From an uncultured delta proteobacterium (lineage in GTDB: Bacteria; Desulfobacterota; RBG-13-43-22), in contig CAWBOS010000012.1 of the NCBI GenBank assembly GCA_963790475.1, forward strand, positions 1,408,001 to 1,472,000: a stretch of DNA of 64,000 nt, in the 5' to 3' direction. The position numbers and the translations under genes are program-made. Each line of letters starts with the position of its first letter. The stretch's first letter is position 1. Shown here piece after piece: positions 1 through 11,362 of this stretch. Below the pieces are notes generated by a model. That model was not told the DNA's origin. It searched no databases and saw only the letters and a program-made list of their open reading frames with translations.

Positions 1-2
1 GG

Positions 3-1577
3 CCCGACATCATCGGCCTTTCCGTCTTTCACGCCAACCGCTGGGGGGCTGTCGAGATTGCAGCCGTAGCTAAGAGGATCGATCCCCGGGTGAAAATCGT
101 ATTCGGTGGGGTCGGGGCGACATTCCTCTGGGAACACCTCCTTACCCGCTTTCCCCAGGTCGACTTCATCGTGCTCGGGGAAGGGGAATACAGCTTCCTG
201 GATCTCGTACGATGTATCGAAAATGGGGACCACAGCCGCGCTCGGGAGATCCATGGGATCGCCTTCAGGAAGGGTAAAGAGGTCGTCAAGACGGCTGAAA
301 GGGAATTCATCGAGGACTTGGACGCGCTCCCTATTCCCTCCAGGTACTTCTCCTATCAGCACCTCACCTACACCCGGGGTTGTCCCGGAGACTGCACCTT
401 TTGCGGGTCCCCGTTGTTCTGGAAGAGGAAGGTCCGTTTCCACTCTCCGGATCACTTCGTGATGCAGATGGAACTCCTCTTTCGGAAGGGGGTCTCCTTC
501 TTCTATGTCTCCGACGATACCTTCACAATCAAGAGGGAACGGGTCATCGAGATCTGCCGGAAGGTCCTCGAAAGGGGCCTTCGGGTCTCCTGGGCCGCCA
601 TCTCCCGGGTGGACCATGTGGATGAAGAGGTCCTTTATTGGATGAGAAGGGCCGGGTGCATTCAGATCAGTTACGGCATAGAAAGCGGGTCGGACCGGAT
701 ACGCCGCCTTCTGAACAAGAAGATCGACCGGGACCGGATTCGAGAGGCCTTCGCACTCACGACCAAGTACGGTATACTGGCCCGGGCCTATTTCATCTAC
801 GGCTGTCCCGGAGAGAGTCCGGGCACCATCGAAGAGACGGTCCGCCTCATGGACGAGATCAGACCCCTGAGCGTCATCTTCTATATCCTCGATCTCTTCC
901 CGGGCACGGCCCTCTACGAAGATACAAAGAAGAGGCTCGGCCTCACCGACGACATCTGGTTGAGGCGGATCGAGGACATCCTCTATTTCGAGACGGACCC
1001 CCGTCTTCCGCAGGAAAAGGTCCTCGATTTTGGCCATCGTCTCAGAACCGCATACCATGGGAACCTCAACCAGTACGTGGAGGCCGTCGAACTCGTCGAT
1101 AAAAAGGAACTGTATGGTTTCCATGCCGACTTTCTCTCAAGACTCGGCATGACCTTCAGCGAGGGCGATTACTCGCGGATAGATGCGGTCAAAGAACCGC
1201 AAAGGATCGCCGAGAAGCTCTTCGAGAAGGCATTGACTTATGCCCCGGATCACCGGGCTTATCTCGGTCTGGGAATGATCAGGCAGAGGAGGAGGGACTT
1301 TGCCGCATCTGTCCGGATCCTTTCCGAAGGAATCAAACATTATCCCGAAAGTGAGGCCTTGAACCTCTGCCTTGGGATCACCCTTATGAACATGGGAGAA
1401 TACGGTCGGGCTCTTCACCACCTCCTGACGCTCCAGCATTCCAAGGAGGGGCTATACTACCTGTCTAACTGCTATCGGGAGATGGGCGACCGGGAGAAGG
1501 CGGCCGAATTCGAAAGGAGATACAAAGAGATTTGTCGGATGAACCGCCTGTCTAACTCCGACCTCTCCCCGGACTGA
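3..1577 (+). CDS. B12-binding radical SAM protein with C-terminal TPR repeats (5' end lies outside the window)
   Basis: Frame is open from base 3 (PDIIGLSVFHANRWG...). Shows B12-domain GGVGAT/VLGEGE, the CxxxCxxC motif CPGDCTFC, GIESGS and TPR-like helices at the C-terminus. Confidence 0.85.
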   Translation, partial: PDIIGLSVFHANRWGAVEIAAVAKRIDPRVKIVFGGVGATFLWEHLLTRFPQVDFIVLGEGEYSFLDLVRCIENGDHSRAREIHGIAFRKGKEVVKTAEREFIEDLDALPIPSRYFSYQHLTYTRGCPGDCTFCGSPLFWKRKVRFHSPDHFVMQMELLFRKGVSFFYVSDDTFTIKRERVIEICRKVLERGLRVSWAAISRVDHVDEEVLYWMRRAGCIQISYGIESGSDRIRRLLNKKIDRDRIREAFALTTKYGILARAYFIYGCPGESPGTIEETVRLMDEIRPLSVIFYILDLFPGTALYEDTKKRLGLTDDIWLRRIEDILYFETDPRLPQEKVLDFGHRLRTAYHGNLNQYVEAVELVDKKELYGFHADFLSRLGMTFSEGDYSRIDAVKEPQRIAEKLFEKALTYAPDHRAYLGLGMIRQRRRDFAASVRILSEGIKHYPESEALNLCLGITLMNMGEYGRALHHLLTLQHSKEGLYYLSNCYREMGDREKAAEFERRYKEICRMNRLSNSDLSPD

Positions 1578-1660
1578 TCAGAGGACCTGCAACACAAGGC
1601 CCTTCAAATACTCTCCCTCGGGGCGATACAGGCTCACAAAATGATCCAATCCCTGCCCGA

Positions 1661-1736
1661 GCCTGTAGAGGATTAATTCAAAAGACTTATGAGGTTGATC
1701 CCCTAACCTGCCCCCAATGTCAGGGGCTGATGCGCT
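1661..1736 (+). pseudogene. IS91-family transposase C-terminal remnant
   Basis: Translates as ...GLIQKTYEVDPLTCPQCQGLMR, matching the 'RLIQKIYEVDPLxCPxCxGxMR' C-terminal motif of IS91-like transposases. No start codon and no remainder of the gene. Confidence 0.6.
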
Positions 1737-1835
1737 TCAACGCGCAAAGGCCTTTCGGCCGGCATTTTGAGCCGAGTCTCCCAACTCTTCTTCAATGCGC
1801 TTGACATTGGTAACGAATATGTCATCACCCACCAG
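1737..1835 (-). pseudogene. Enolase 3' remnant with internal deletion
   Basis: Translates [32 protein letters not shown]. About 45 nt are nearly identical to eno at about 8479-8523 and are joined directly to a match of the eno C-terminus ([20 protein letters not shown]). Confidence 0.85.
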
Positions 1836-4800
1836 TCTCCCTCTACCACCCCGCGGTAACATTTAATTATGATTCAACTGGTGGCTATAGGGCCTTTTTT
1901 CGATTGTTAGTCATCACTATGGCCTTCAATGATTTTTTTCACTCACGCCCCTTCCTTCACACATCATCGCCGGACGAGCTGTAAAACTTTCCGTACCGAA
2001 GGGCCAGGGTCGGCAGCACGAGCAGGTTCAACATGGTCGATGTCACAAGGCCGCCGAGGATGACGAGCGCCATAGGCCCTTCGATCTCACGGCCCGGCGC
2101 GCTTGCCCCTATGGCAAGGGGCAGGAGTCCCAATGCGGTGACAAGAGCGGTCATCAGGATGGGCGCGAGCCGCTCCGAAGCCCCCCTGATCGCCGCATCC
2201 GCCCCCCAATCCATCCCCTCGACCGAAACCAGGTGTTCGTAGTGGGAGATCATCATAATGGAGTTGCGGAGCGTGATGCCGAAGAGCGTGACGAAACCGA
2301 CGAGGGAGCCGATGGAGAGGGCGCCCCCGGAGATGAAGGCGGCGAGCACTCCGCCTACCAATGCAAAGGGAAGGTTGGCGAGCACCAGGAACAGATTCCT
2401 CACATTACCCATGACTATCGACAAAAGGAGGATGATTCCTGCTCCAGCCAATAGGGAGTGGACCATGAGGTCCCGCCGGGAGCGGGCCTGGGCCGCAGCC
2501 GTGCCGCTAAATTCGACATAGGTCCCCGGGGGGAAGGAGATATCCGAGGCGATCCTTTTTCTTGCATCGGCGGCGAAGGTGTTGACGTCCCGGCCCGTTA
2601 CATTACAGGTGATCGCCTGCACCCGTCTGGCCGCGTTGTGAAGGACCACGTAGCGGCCCGAAGTCTCGTAGACGTCGGCGATTTGCTTCAGGCTTACATA
2701 AACGCCCGCGGCACTGCGGAGGGGCAGGTCTCCCACCTGGGTGACGTTCCTGCGCACCCGCGCGTCGAGGATCACCGACACGTCGAAAACCCGGTTCCCT
2801 TCGTAGGTCTGGCCCACAGTAGCACCCTGGTATGCGGTCCGGACCGCGTCGAGCACGCCCACGGCGGCAAAGCCCCACCGGGCGAGGTCCTCCTTTCTGA
2901 GCCTCACTACTATGCGCGGTGCGCCGGGGGGCGACTGTACCTGGACATCCGCCGCGCCGGGAATTTTCCCGAGGACCCTGGCCGCTTCATGTGCCTTCCG
3001 GTCGAGGGTGTCAAGATCGTTGCCGTAGATGTTGACCACCACTGACGCCGAGTAGCCGGAGATGGTCTCCTCGACCCGTTCGGTGAGGAAGGTATTGACG
3101 GCGAAGTTGACGCCGGGGAAACCGGCCAAGGCTTTTCGTATCTCAGCCTGGGCCAGCTCCGACTCCTCCCCCTGAAGAGGCTTGAGGTCCACCTCGAACT
3201 CGCTGTAGTGGGTGCCTAAGACGTCGTCGCCCTCTTCCGCCCTTCCGGCCCGCTGGGCCACCGAGCGGACATAGGGGACCTTCAGAAGCTCGATCGTCAC
3301 CAAGCGGCCCAGACGCAGCGACTCCTCGAGCGACGTGCCGGGGACCGCGGACATGTGGACGATAAAATGCCCCTCTTTCAGCTCCGGCAGAAAATCGCCT
3401 CCGAAGAACGGGAGAGGGGCAAGTCCGGCCAGGGTGAAGAGCGCCGCCCCGATTATAACGGCCCGTGGATGGCGTTCGACGGAGGCAAGCAGCGAGCGAT
3501 ACCGCTCCTTGAGCCAACGGACCACCGGCGGCTCCTTCTCCGGCAGCTCCCGGTTGCCGAGAAGGACGAGACACAGCACGGGGGTTATGGTCAGGGCCAC
3601 CAGCAGGGAGGCGAGGGTGGCCAGGATATAGGCGACGCCGAGGGGCGCAAACAGTCGTCCGGCCAACCCGGACATGGTGAGAACCGGAATAAATACCAGG
3701 GCCACGGCAAAGGTGGCGTAAACCACGGCCCCCCGGACCTCGAGGGATGCGTCGAAAACGACTGCCGGCGCCGGCCGCGGCTGCGCAAGAAGGCGGTTCT
3801 CCCGAAGCCGGCGAAGAATATTCTCCACGTCGATGATGGCATCGTCCACCACCATGCCGACTGCGATCGCAAGCCCTCCAAGGGTCATGGTATTGAGGCT
3901 GTGCCCCAGGTACTCCAGGACCGTCACCGCCGCCAGGAGGGAGAGGGGGATCGCCGCACAGGAAATGGCCGCGGTGCGCAGGTTGAAAAGAAAGAGGAAG
4001 AGGACGATTATCACCAGTGCCGCGCCGATAAGGAGCGACGATCTCACATTTTGGGTCGCTGTCCGGATGAAGTCGGCGGGACGGAAGATGTCGCCGTGAA
4101 GTTCCGCGCCCTGCACCTTCAGTGTGGGGCGGAGCTCGGTCAGGGCCTGCTCGACCCGCTCCGTCACTTCCTGGGTGTTGGCGCCGTACTGCTCGGAGAT
4201 GACCAGTTGCACCCCCGGTTTACCCATGATCGCCGCGGCGCCGATGGGAGGCTCCGGCGCATCGACCACCTTGGCTATATCCCCAAGGGTGACGTTGGCG
4301 CCGTTCTGGTGAAGGAGCACGGACCGGGACAACTCCGAAGGAATGAGCGACTGCCCCTCGCTCTGGAGGACAAGACGTTGGTTCTCGTTGTCGATGAAAC
4401 CGGCTCCCCGTACCCCCGTGGCCCGCCGCGCCGCTGCCAGAACATCGTCGATGGACAGGTTGTAGCGGACCAGTTCTTCGGGGCGGAACTGGACCTGAAG
4501 CTGGCGGACATCGCCGCCGAAGACCGCCACTTTGGCGACGCCCGGTACCGCCAGGAGGCGCTGCCTGACCGTCCAGTCGGCCATGGTCCTGAGTTCCATC
4601 AAAGAAAGCTTAGGGGAGGTAAGCCCTACCGCCAGCACCACGCTCGTGGACGAGGTGAGAGGGGTGATCGCCGGCGCCTGGACCCCTTGCGGGAGACGCC
4701 CCGACAGGGTCGAGAGGCCCTCGGCCACCAGTTGCCGGTTGAGATAGATGTTACTCCCCGGACTGAAGGTAACGGTGACGACCGATAACCCCTGGATCGT

Positions 4801-4919
4801 GCCGGAACGGAGCGTCTCAATCCCCGCTACCCCGTTGACCGCGTTCTCCACCGGCTGGGTCACGAGCATTTCCACCTGCTCCGGGGAAAGGCCCGGCGCC
4901 TCCGTCTAAATCACCACCT

Positions 4920-5440
4920 ATAATTGTGCCATATGGCATTGAATGGTAAAATGATGATCATGATTGGTAAAGGAGTTAAGTCTACCCAGGCGAAGAAATC
5001 CAAGCCACGGGTTAGACCGAAATCCGTTTTTCAACCTCAAGGGGAGGACCGGCATGATCAACAACTCAGCACTCCAAAAATGGGATCGACTGGCCCAGAA
5101 ACAATTGGATCGACAGTTCATGAATGAAATCATCCAAGGTCTGCAATGCTCGCCTTTCGAAGCCGGTGCCATCCTGGACACCGTCTACAAAGTGTATCGA
5201 CCTTATTTTGAAACCAGTGGCACGCTTAAGCCAGGGCAATTACTCTTTCAGGTAATTGCGGTGGAAGCGTCCCCGAATAAACCTTTAGCTCAGGGCCGAC
5301 AAGTGACCGTAACGCTGACTCTCGATTCCGGTCCGGAGGACCTGAAGATCCGAAAGCAAAAAGGGATCATCGGACTCAGGCAGCACCGACTCCAGCGGGT
5401 TTGTCACGAAGCCTTCCAACAAGGAGGCTTGTTGACCCCA
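4920..5440 (+). mobile_element. 521-bp insertion carrying a truncated DUF1670-like gene
   Basis: Removing 4920-5440 restores RND codons ccg ccc cag gtg gtg att (P P Q V V I). The insert is lower in GC than its flanks and there is no target-site duplication. Confidence 0.75.
5054..5437 (+). pseudogene. DUF1670-like protein, C-terminally truncated
   Basis: RBS ggggagg precedes ATG 5054. Sequence 'LKPGQ...VTVTLTL...GLRQHRLQRVCHEAFQQGGLLT' resembles DUF1670 proteins and breaks off before the expected HTH. Confidence 0.6.
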
Positions 5441-5593
5441 GGGGCGGGGCGAATTCGGGGAATACGTCGTATTTGGCCTTGGTGAGGGAATAGACGCCGA
5501 AGCCCGCCAGCAGAAAGGTCAGGGCGATCACCACCCCACGGAAGCGGAGCGAAAAACGGACGATGGCGGAGAGTATCCCGGAAGAGCGGCCGT

Positions 5594-6664
5594 TCATTTG
5601 TCGCCGCCTTCCTCTCCTACCTGAATCTGGGAGCGGAACTCCTCGGACTGTAAGAGCTGCGCGCCCTTCACCACGACCTTGTCGCCTGGAGAAAATCCGC
5701 CGGCCACAAACCACCCTTCCCTTATCGGTGTTTCAGTCGGAATCTCGCGCCGCACAAAGCGGCCACTTCCCTTTTCCAGATAGACCCACGCCTTTCCCTG
5801 CCACCAGACTGCGGCCCGAGAAGGCACTATCACACCCGTCCGTGAGGGGCCCACCGGGACAAAGGCCAGTACGTTCATACCGGGGACGAGATGGGGGTGC
5901 GCAGGGGCAAGGTAGAAAAAGCTCTTCCCCTGGATGCGGGGGTCGGTCCTCGGTGAGGGCGAAACCAGCCCCACTGTGACGAGGGGTGTTCCTTCGCCGG
6001 ACTGCACCCGGATCGTAGGTGCCCCTGCGTCAGCGCCCACGTCCGGGGGAAAGGTGATCTGGAGGAGAACATCTTCTTGTCGTATCAGCCGTTCGAAGGC
6101 GGGAGAATCGTCAATCAGCCACCTGGAAATAACCCCGCCCCACTGCTGCCGCAGGCTCCCTGCCAGAGCGCTCAGGGAAACCTTCGCCGACTCCATGGCA
6201 GCGGCATCGGCCCGCCAGACGGCCTCAGCCGACTGGAGGACCTTGTCGGAGATGTTCCTGTTGTCTGCGTTGAGGGGCTTCAGGCGCTCGTACTCCCTGC
6301 GCGAGGCCTCAAGGGCCGCCTCTCCCTTTTCCATCAGCGACTTTGCCGTGGCATAAGAGCCGCTGGAGTCGAAGAGGCCCTGGAGTTGGAGTGCCGTGCC
6401 GGCGGCGCGAATCTCCCGCCGATGGGAGGCCGCAGCCAGAGGTAGGACGACGATCCCGGACTTCTCCAGGGTTTTTCCGTCAAGACTTACGACGATTTCC
6501 CCTTCCGCCGTGGAGACGCGAGACGGGGCCTTTATCGGAAGCTCCCGCTCCTGCTCGAGGGCCCCTTCCTTCCGGGACGTCTGAAAAGCCCAGACGAGGA
6601 GTCCGGCAAGTGCGGCCAGGACAATAATGGCGACGACCATTTTTATGACACTCTTTTTTCTCAC
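5594..6664 (-). CDS. RND efflux periplasmic adaptor (membrane fusion protein)
   Basis: N-terminal TM, coiled coil, PGM...VPSRAAVW and GDKVVVKGAQLL motifs. Lies between the TolC and RND genes. Confidence 0.85.
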   Translation of the reverse strand: MRKKSVIKMVVAIIVLAALAGLLVWAFQTSRKEGALEQERELPIKAPSRVSTAEGEIVVSLDGKTLEKSGIVVLPLAAASHRREIRAAGTALQLQGLFDSSGSYATAKSLMEKGEAALEASRREYERLKPLNADNRNISDKVLQSAEAVWRADAAAMESAKVSLSALAGSLRQQWGGVISRWLIDDSPAFERLIRQEDVLLQITFPPDVGADAGAPTIRVQSGEGTPLVTVGLVSPSPRTDPRIQGKSFFYLAPAHPHLVPGMNVLAFVPVGPSRTGVIVPSRAAVWWQGKAWVYLEKGSGRFVRREIPTETPIREGWFVAGGFSPGDKVVVKGAQLLQSEEFRSQIQVGEEGGDK

Positions 6665-8106
6665 CTGGTCTTCTCCTTTTCTGACCGTGGGTTTGTCTCG
6701 ACGTCTACCGCCGGCAAGGGCTCATCGAGGGGACGCTGAAGCGCGTCCTCCAGAATACGGCGCGCCAGCAGCACCTGAGAAAACACGTCAAAACGTGCGA
6801 GGGTGGCGGTCTGCGCTTCAAACATCGTGCTCGTGAGCGCCAGCCGGTCCGCCTCTCCGGCCTTAAACAGCGCTTCCGAGGACGCTTGTCGGGATTGCTG
6901 AATAGAGAGCAGGCGGTCCGCCGCCTTCAGCTTATCTATGACAGCGCGGTAGCTTGCGACGGCCTGCTCAATCGCACCGATAACACGGGCCTGGAGGGCA
7001 ATGAAACGGGCCGTCGCTTCTTTGCGGCCTGCCTCGGCCTCGGCAATAGGACCCTGATTTTGATTAAAGATAGGGATCGTCAGGGAAAAACCGACTGACC
7101 ACTTGTTATCCCCTTGGTCCCACTGGTAGCCGGGGCCGAGATGGAGGTCGGGGTACTGTTTGGCGATTTCCAGTTGGAGGGCTGCCTGAGCGGCTTCGTA
7201 GTCTGCCAGGGCGGCCAGGATGTCCGGCCGGGCGGTGAGCGCCTGTCGCCGCATGTCCGCTGCGGGAGGGGAAGGAGGTACCTCTTCGACAGAGGCGAAG
7301 GAGATGCCCGCCCCTTGGATTGCCGCTTGGGTCACGCCGAGCGCGGAGGCCAGACCGGCGAAGGCCTCGGCCTCCTGTCTCCCCGTCTCCCACAGGAGAA
7401 GGCGGGTTTGCTCAGCCGCGACGTGCGCCTGAGTGACGTCCGGGAGGGAGACTTCGCCTGAAGCCAGCCTCGCTTCCAGGAGCGTGACAATCTCCCTTTG
7501 AAGGGCTTCTTGCCGCTGCAACAGGGCCTGGTTATGTCTCGCCGTGTAAAGATCGAAGAACTTGGTCGCGAGTCGGCTCCGCACACCCCATGCGGCGACA
7601 GCGATATTCAGACGGGCGGCTTCAGAGATGGCCTGTGCCTTCGTTATGCGGTAACCGCGTTTACCGGCGGTTTCAATCGGTATATCGAGGTTGAAAGTCA
7701 GGGTCCAGGGTGAGATCCCGCTCGCCGAATTGGTGTTAAACTGCGGGGCAAATCCGAAAGAGGGGTTTGGCCGCTGCCCAGCCGTAATCCTCCCGGCTTC
7801 GGCAACACCCCACGCGGCCCGGGCCGCATCCAGATCAGGGTGGTAGTAAAAGGCCGCCAGGGTGAGGCGCCGAAAATCCCACGAATCGAGAGGCCATGGC
7901 ACCAATTCACGGCCGAGGTTTGCCTCCAAGAATTTTTTCAATCCGAGGCTATCAAGGGTGCGGGCCTCAAAGCCCGCCGCAGTCCGGGCGGATTCCAGCG
8001 GTTTTGCCTTATAGCTCGCACAGCCGAACAGCGCGGCTACGAGGGCGGCTACTACAAATATCGTTCTCAAGCTGCCCGGAAAGAATGCCTTGGATTGTCG
8101 ATCCAT
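6661..8106 (-). CDS. TolC-family outer membrane efflux lipoprotein
   Basis: Lipobox LFGC, HPDL, RPDI and QYPDLHLG...LTIPIFNQNQG motifs of CzcC/TolC proteins. Confidence 0.88.
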   Translation of the reverse strand: MDRQSKAFFPGSLRTIFVVAALVAALFGCASYKAKPLESARTAAGFEARTLDSLGLKKFLEANLGRELVPWPLDSWDFRRLTLAAFYYHPDLDAARAAWGVAEAGRITAGQRPNPSFGFAPQFNTNSASGISPWTLTFNLDIPIETAGKRGYRITKAQAISEAARLNIAVAAWGVRSRLATKFFDLYTARHNQALLQRQEALQREIVTLLEARLASGEVSLPDVTQAHVAAEQTRLLLWETGRQEAEAFAGLASALGVTQAAIQGAGISFASVEEVPPSPPAADMRRQALTARPDILAALADYEAAQAALQLEIAKQYPDLHLGPGYQWDQGDNKWSVGFSLTIPIFNQNQGPIAEAEAGRKEATARFIALQARVIGAIEQAVASYRAVIDKLKAADRLLSIQQSRQASSEALFKAGEADRLALTSTMFEAQTATLARFDVFSQVLLARRILEDALQRPLDEPLPAVDVETNPRSEKEKTR

Positions 8107-8169
8107 GACCTGGAATTGTAATAGTTTGCACTTTGAAAAACAATGATAAATGATAAATAAAGGGCAGCT

Positions 8170-9456
<1,287 letters not shown>

Positions 9457-9495
9457 TTAAGCTCCCGGTTTCTTGTGAATTGCATAAACGATCAC

Positions 9496-9729
9496 TCATG
9501 GTTTGCCTGAATTTTTTTTCCCCCTCAAGGCCTTCTTTGGGGTGGGGCCTTTTTCCCCCCTGTTTTTCATTTGAAGGTGTTCGTAAACCCTCTGGGCAAA
9601 TTCTTCAAATCTTTTCTCGCAGTCTTTTAATTTCTCAACCGCTACCTTGCGTAGGGGTACATCCAGGACATCCCTTTTGGCCACCTTTTTAAACCAAAGT
9701 TTAAGTTTTTCAAGTTCCTCCTCACCCAA
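9496..9729 (-). pseudogene. ChrB-domain (chromate-resistance-like) protein, C-terminal fragment
   Basis: EEELEKLKLWFKKVAKRD...CEKRFEEFAQRVYE resembles the C-terminal part of small ChrB_N proteins. No proper start; it abuts the antiporter stub. Confidence 0.6.
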
Positions 9730-9730
9730 A

Positions 9731-9877
9731 CTAGCCGAAGTAACCCGCTACCGCGGCTGTGAACACCCCGACACAGATTTCAATCAAGGCAATGGATATC
9801 CGCAGGTGGTAGGCAATGACGGCGGAGATGACAGCCAGCCCCAGCCATAGGGCGGCGATGGTAAAGATATGTTCCAT
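9731..9877 (-). pseudogene. Cation:proton antiporter N-terminal stub (48 aa)
   Basis: RBS ggagg, then MEHIFTIAALWLGLAVISAVIAYHLRISIALIEICVG, the typical N-terminus of fluoride-riboswitch-associated CPA antiporters. Stops after two TM segments. Confidence 0.65.
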
Positions 9878-9923
9878 GATGGAATCCTCCTTTAAAAATA
9901 TTTCTCTGGTCTGAGCGCAGGTC

Positions 9924-9946
9924 AAAAAAAACCGCCTTGCGGCGGC
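9924..9946 (-). terminator. Candidate intrinsic terminator in the riboswitch leader
   Basis: Minus strand reads gCCGCC gcaa GGCGG followed by T8. Confidence 0.6.
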
Positions 9947-9989
9947 TTCCTGGTTGCAGAATAACGACTCCATTACCGCCTGAACCTGC

Positions 9990-10045
9990 GCGGTAGGAGT
10001 CATCATCCCGGTCCGGGCGGTTGTGAGGGGGACTCCATCCCCGAA
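9990..10045 (-). ncRNA. Fluoride riboswitch (crcB motif)
   Basis: Minus strand GGGGAUGGAGUCCCCC-UCACAACCGCCCGGACCGGG-AUGAUGACUCCUAC gives P1 GGGGA/UCCCC, pseudoknot GGAGU/ACUCC and the conserved UGAUGAC..CUAC. Downstream genes (antiporter, chrB, eno) are typical fluoride-riboswitch genes. Confidence 0.9.
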
Positions 10046-10114
10046 ACTTCGAGGTAATTTAGCAAAGAGGTTGGAAAAAAGCAATACCTCAAGCATGGCG
10101 CTTTAATTTTAACG

Positions 10115-10456
10115 TCATGATTTAAAAATGAAATAGACCGCCCCCAGCAGGCACAGGCCGGCCCAGAGAAAATTGAGCCGCAGAGGTTGTTCCATATAAA
10201 GGATGGAAAAAGGGACAAAGACCGAAAGGGTGATCAGTTCCTGGAGTATTTTGAGTTGCCCGAGGTTCATGGCCGTGTAACCGATGCGGTTGGCCGGGAC
10301 CTGGATCAGGTATTCGAGGAGAGCTATCCCCCAACTGGCCAATGCGGCCAGATACCATGGCTTTCCGCTCAGATTCTTGAGGTGAGCATACCAGGCAAAG
10401 GTCATAAACACGTTGGATAGGGTCAACAACAGGGCACTTTTAATGATGATGGTCAT
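10115..10456 (-). CDS. DMT-superfamily small membrane protein (DUF486-like)
   Basis: SNVFMTFAWYAHLK, SWGIALLEY, QVPANRIG and QLKILQE motifs. Confidence 0.85.
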   Translation of the reverse strand: MTIIIKSALLLTLSNVFMTFAWYAHLKNLSGKPWYLAALASWGIALLEYLIQVPANRIGYTAMNLGQLKILQELITLSVFVPFSILYMEQPLRLNFLWAGLCLLGAVYFIFKS

Positions 10457-10650
10457 GGGAATAACTCAATATTAACAATTTGTTGCGGGTAACAAATTAC
10501 GGGTCGCAAGTCGGGAAATTAATAACTTTTGAAATGTAATTATAAGTCGCAACTCGAAACACTCAATATGAAACTCAGCTTTGAATTTTCAACGGCTTGA
10601 GATATAAAGAGGAAGATAAAGGAAGTCAAGAAAAAAGATCAGATATCGGG

Positions 10651-11358
10651 TCAGATGGATAGAAAAGGACTGGCAATGAAATAAAGGCCCAAAAAACCGA
10701 TAAGCACCCCGGCCCCGCGGCGGAACCATTGACCTCCGGTCTGCCAGGATTGGTTTTCGATCAACTTGCGGACCCCGACCGTGAAAGTGCTGGCAATGTA
10801 AATGGGCAGACATTGGCCCAGAGCGAAAAACAGGATCAGGATGATCCCGTGGAGCACCATTTTTTGAATAGTGATAACGGCCAAAATAGGGGCAAAAAAT
10901 CCGAAGGTGCAGGACCCGGAGAGGACCCCGTAAGCCAGACCGAGAACAAAGGCCCCCTTTACCCCCTTTAGATTGAGGCGGGACAAGAAATTTCCTCGCA
11001 GGGAACATTTTTCAACTCCGAGCATACCCAGGGCCAGCCAGATCAGGATCAATCCGACCGGGACCTTCCAGTAATTCCCGACATCCCCCAGCATCCGGCC
11101 CAGGAGGGCACAGATGACCCCGATCACGGCAATGGTGATAAAAAGGCCGAAGATAAAAGCCAGGGAATAAAAACCGGCCTGCCGGGTCTTGACCAACTTC
11201 TCCTGTCCACCCACATAAGCGATAATAATCGGGATGGAGGCCATATTACAAGGGCTGAAGACCATGCTGATCATACCCCAGAAAAAGGCCCCCACGGCGG
11301 CAATTGCGGTTCCCCCGATAAGCCAGTTATTGACAGTCAGAACAATTTGTTCCAGCAT
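10651..11358 (-). CDS. ccdA: CcdA/DsbD-family disulfide-interchange membrane protein
   Basis: FSPCNMASIP and SGSCTFG conserved Cys motifs; about 6 TM segments. Confidence 0.8.
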   Translation of the reverse strand: MLEQIVLTVNNWLIGGTAIAAVGAFFWGMISMVFSPCNMASIPIIIAYVGGQEKLVKTRQAGFYSLAFIFGLFITIAVIGVICALLGRMLGDVGNYWKVPVGLILIWLALGMLGVEKCSLRGNFLSRLNLKGVKGAFVLGLAYGVLSGSCTFGFFAPILAVITIQKMVLHGIILILFFALGQCLPIYIASTFTVGVRKLIENQSWQTGGQWFRRGAGVLIGFLGLYFIASPFLSI

Positions 11359-11362
11359 TGGT

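Larger units (their letters stand above)
1957..5597 (-). pseudogene. CusA/CzcA-type (HME) RND efflux permease, interrupted by an insertion and an in-frame TAG
   Basis: The N-terminus MNGRSS...YDVFPEFAPP (5441-5597) resumes as (Q)VVI*TEAPGLSPEQVE at 4919 and continues as the 972-aa ORF with GMVVDDAIIDVENI and ERLAPILMT motifs. Confidence 0.85.

Noticed and set aside
4906-4908. In-frame TAG in the RND gene as possible pyrrolysine or readthrough
   Set aside because: It replaces an expected Gln (CAG to TAG) 11 nt from an insertion that already breaks the gene; simple nonsense decay is more parsimonious.
2033-8121. Long plus-strand ORFs (e.g. 3355-4788, 477 aa) opposite the efflux genes
   Set aside because: Antisense shadows of GC-rich coding sequence with no recognisable motifs.
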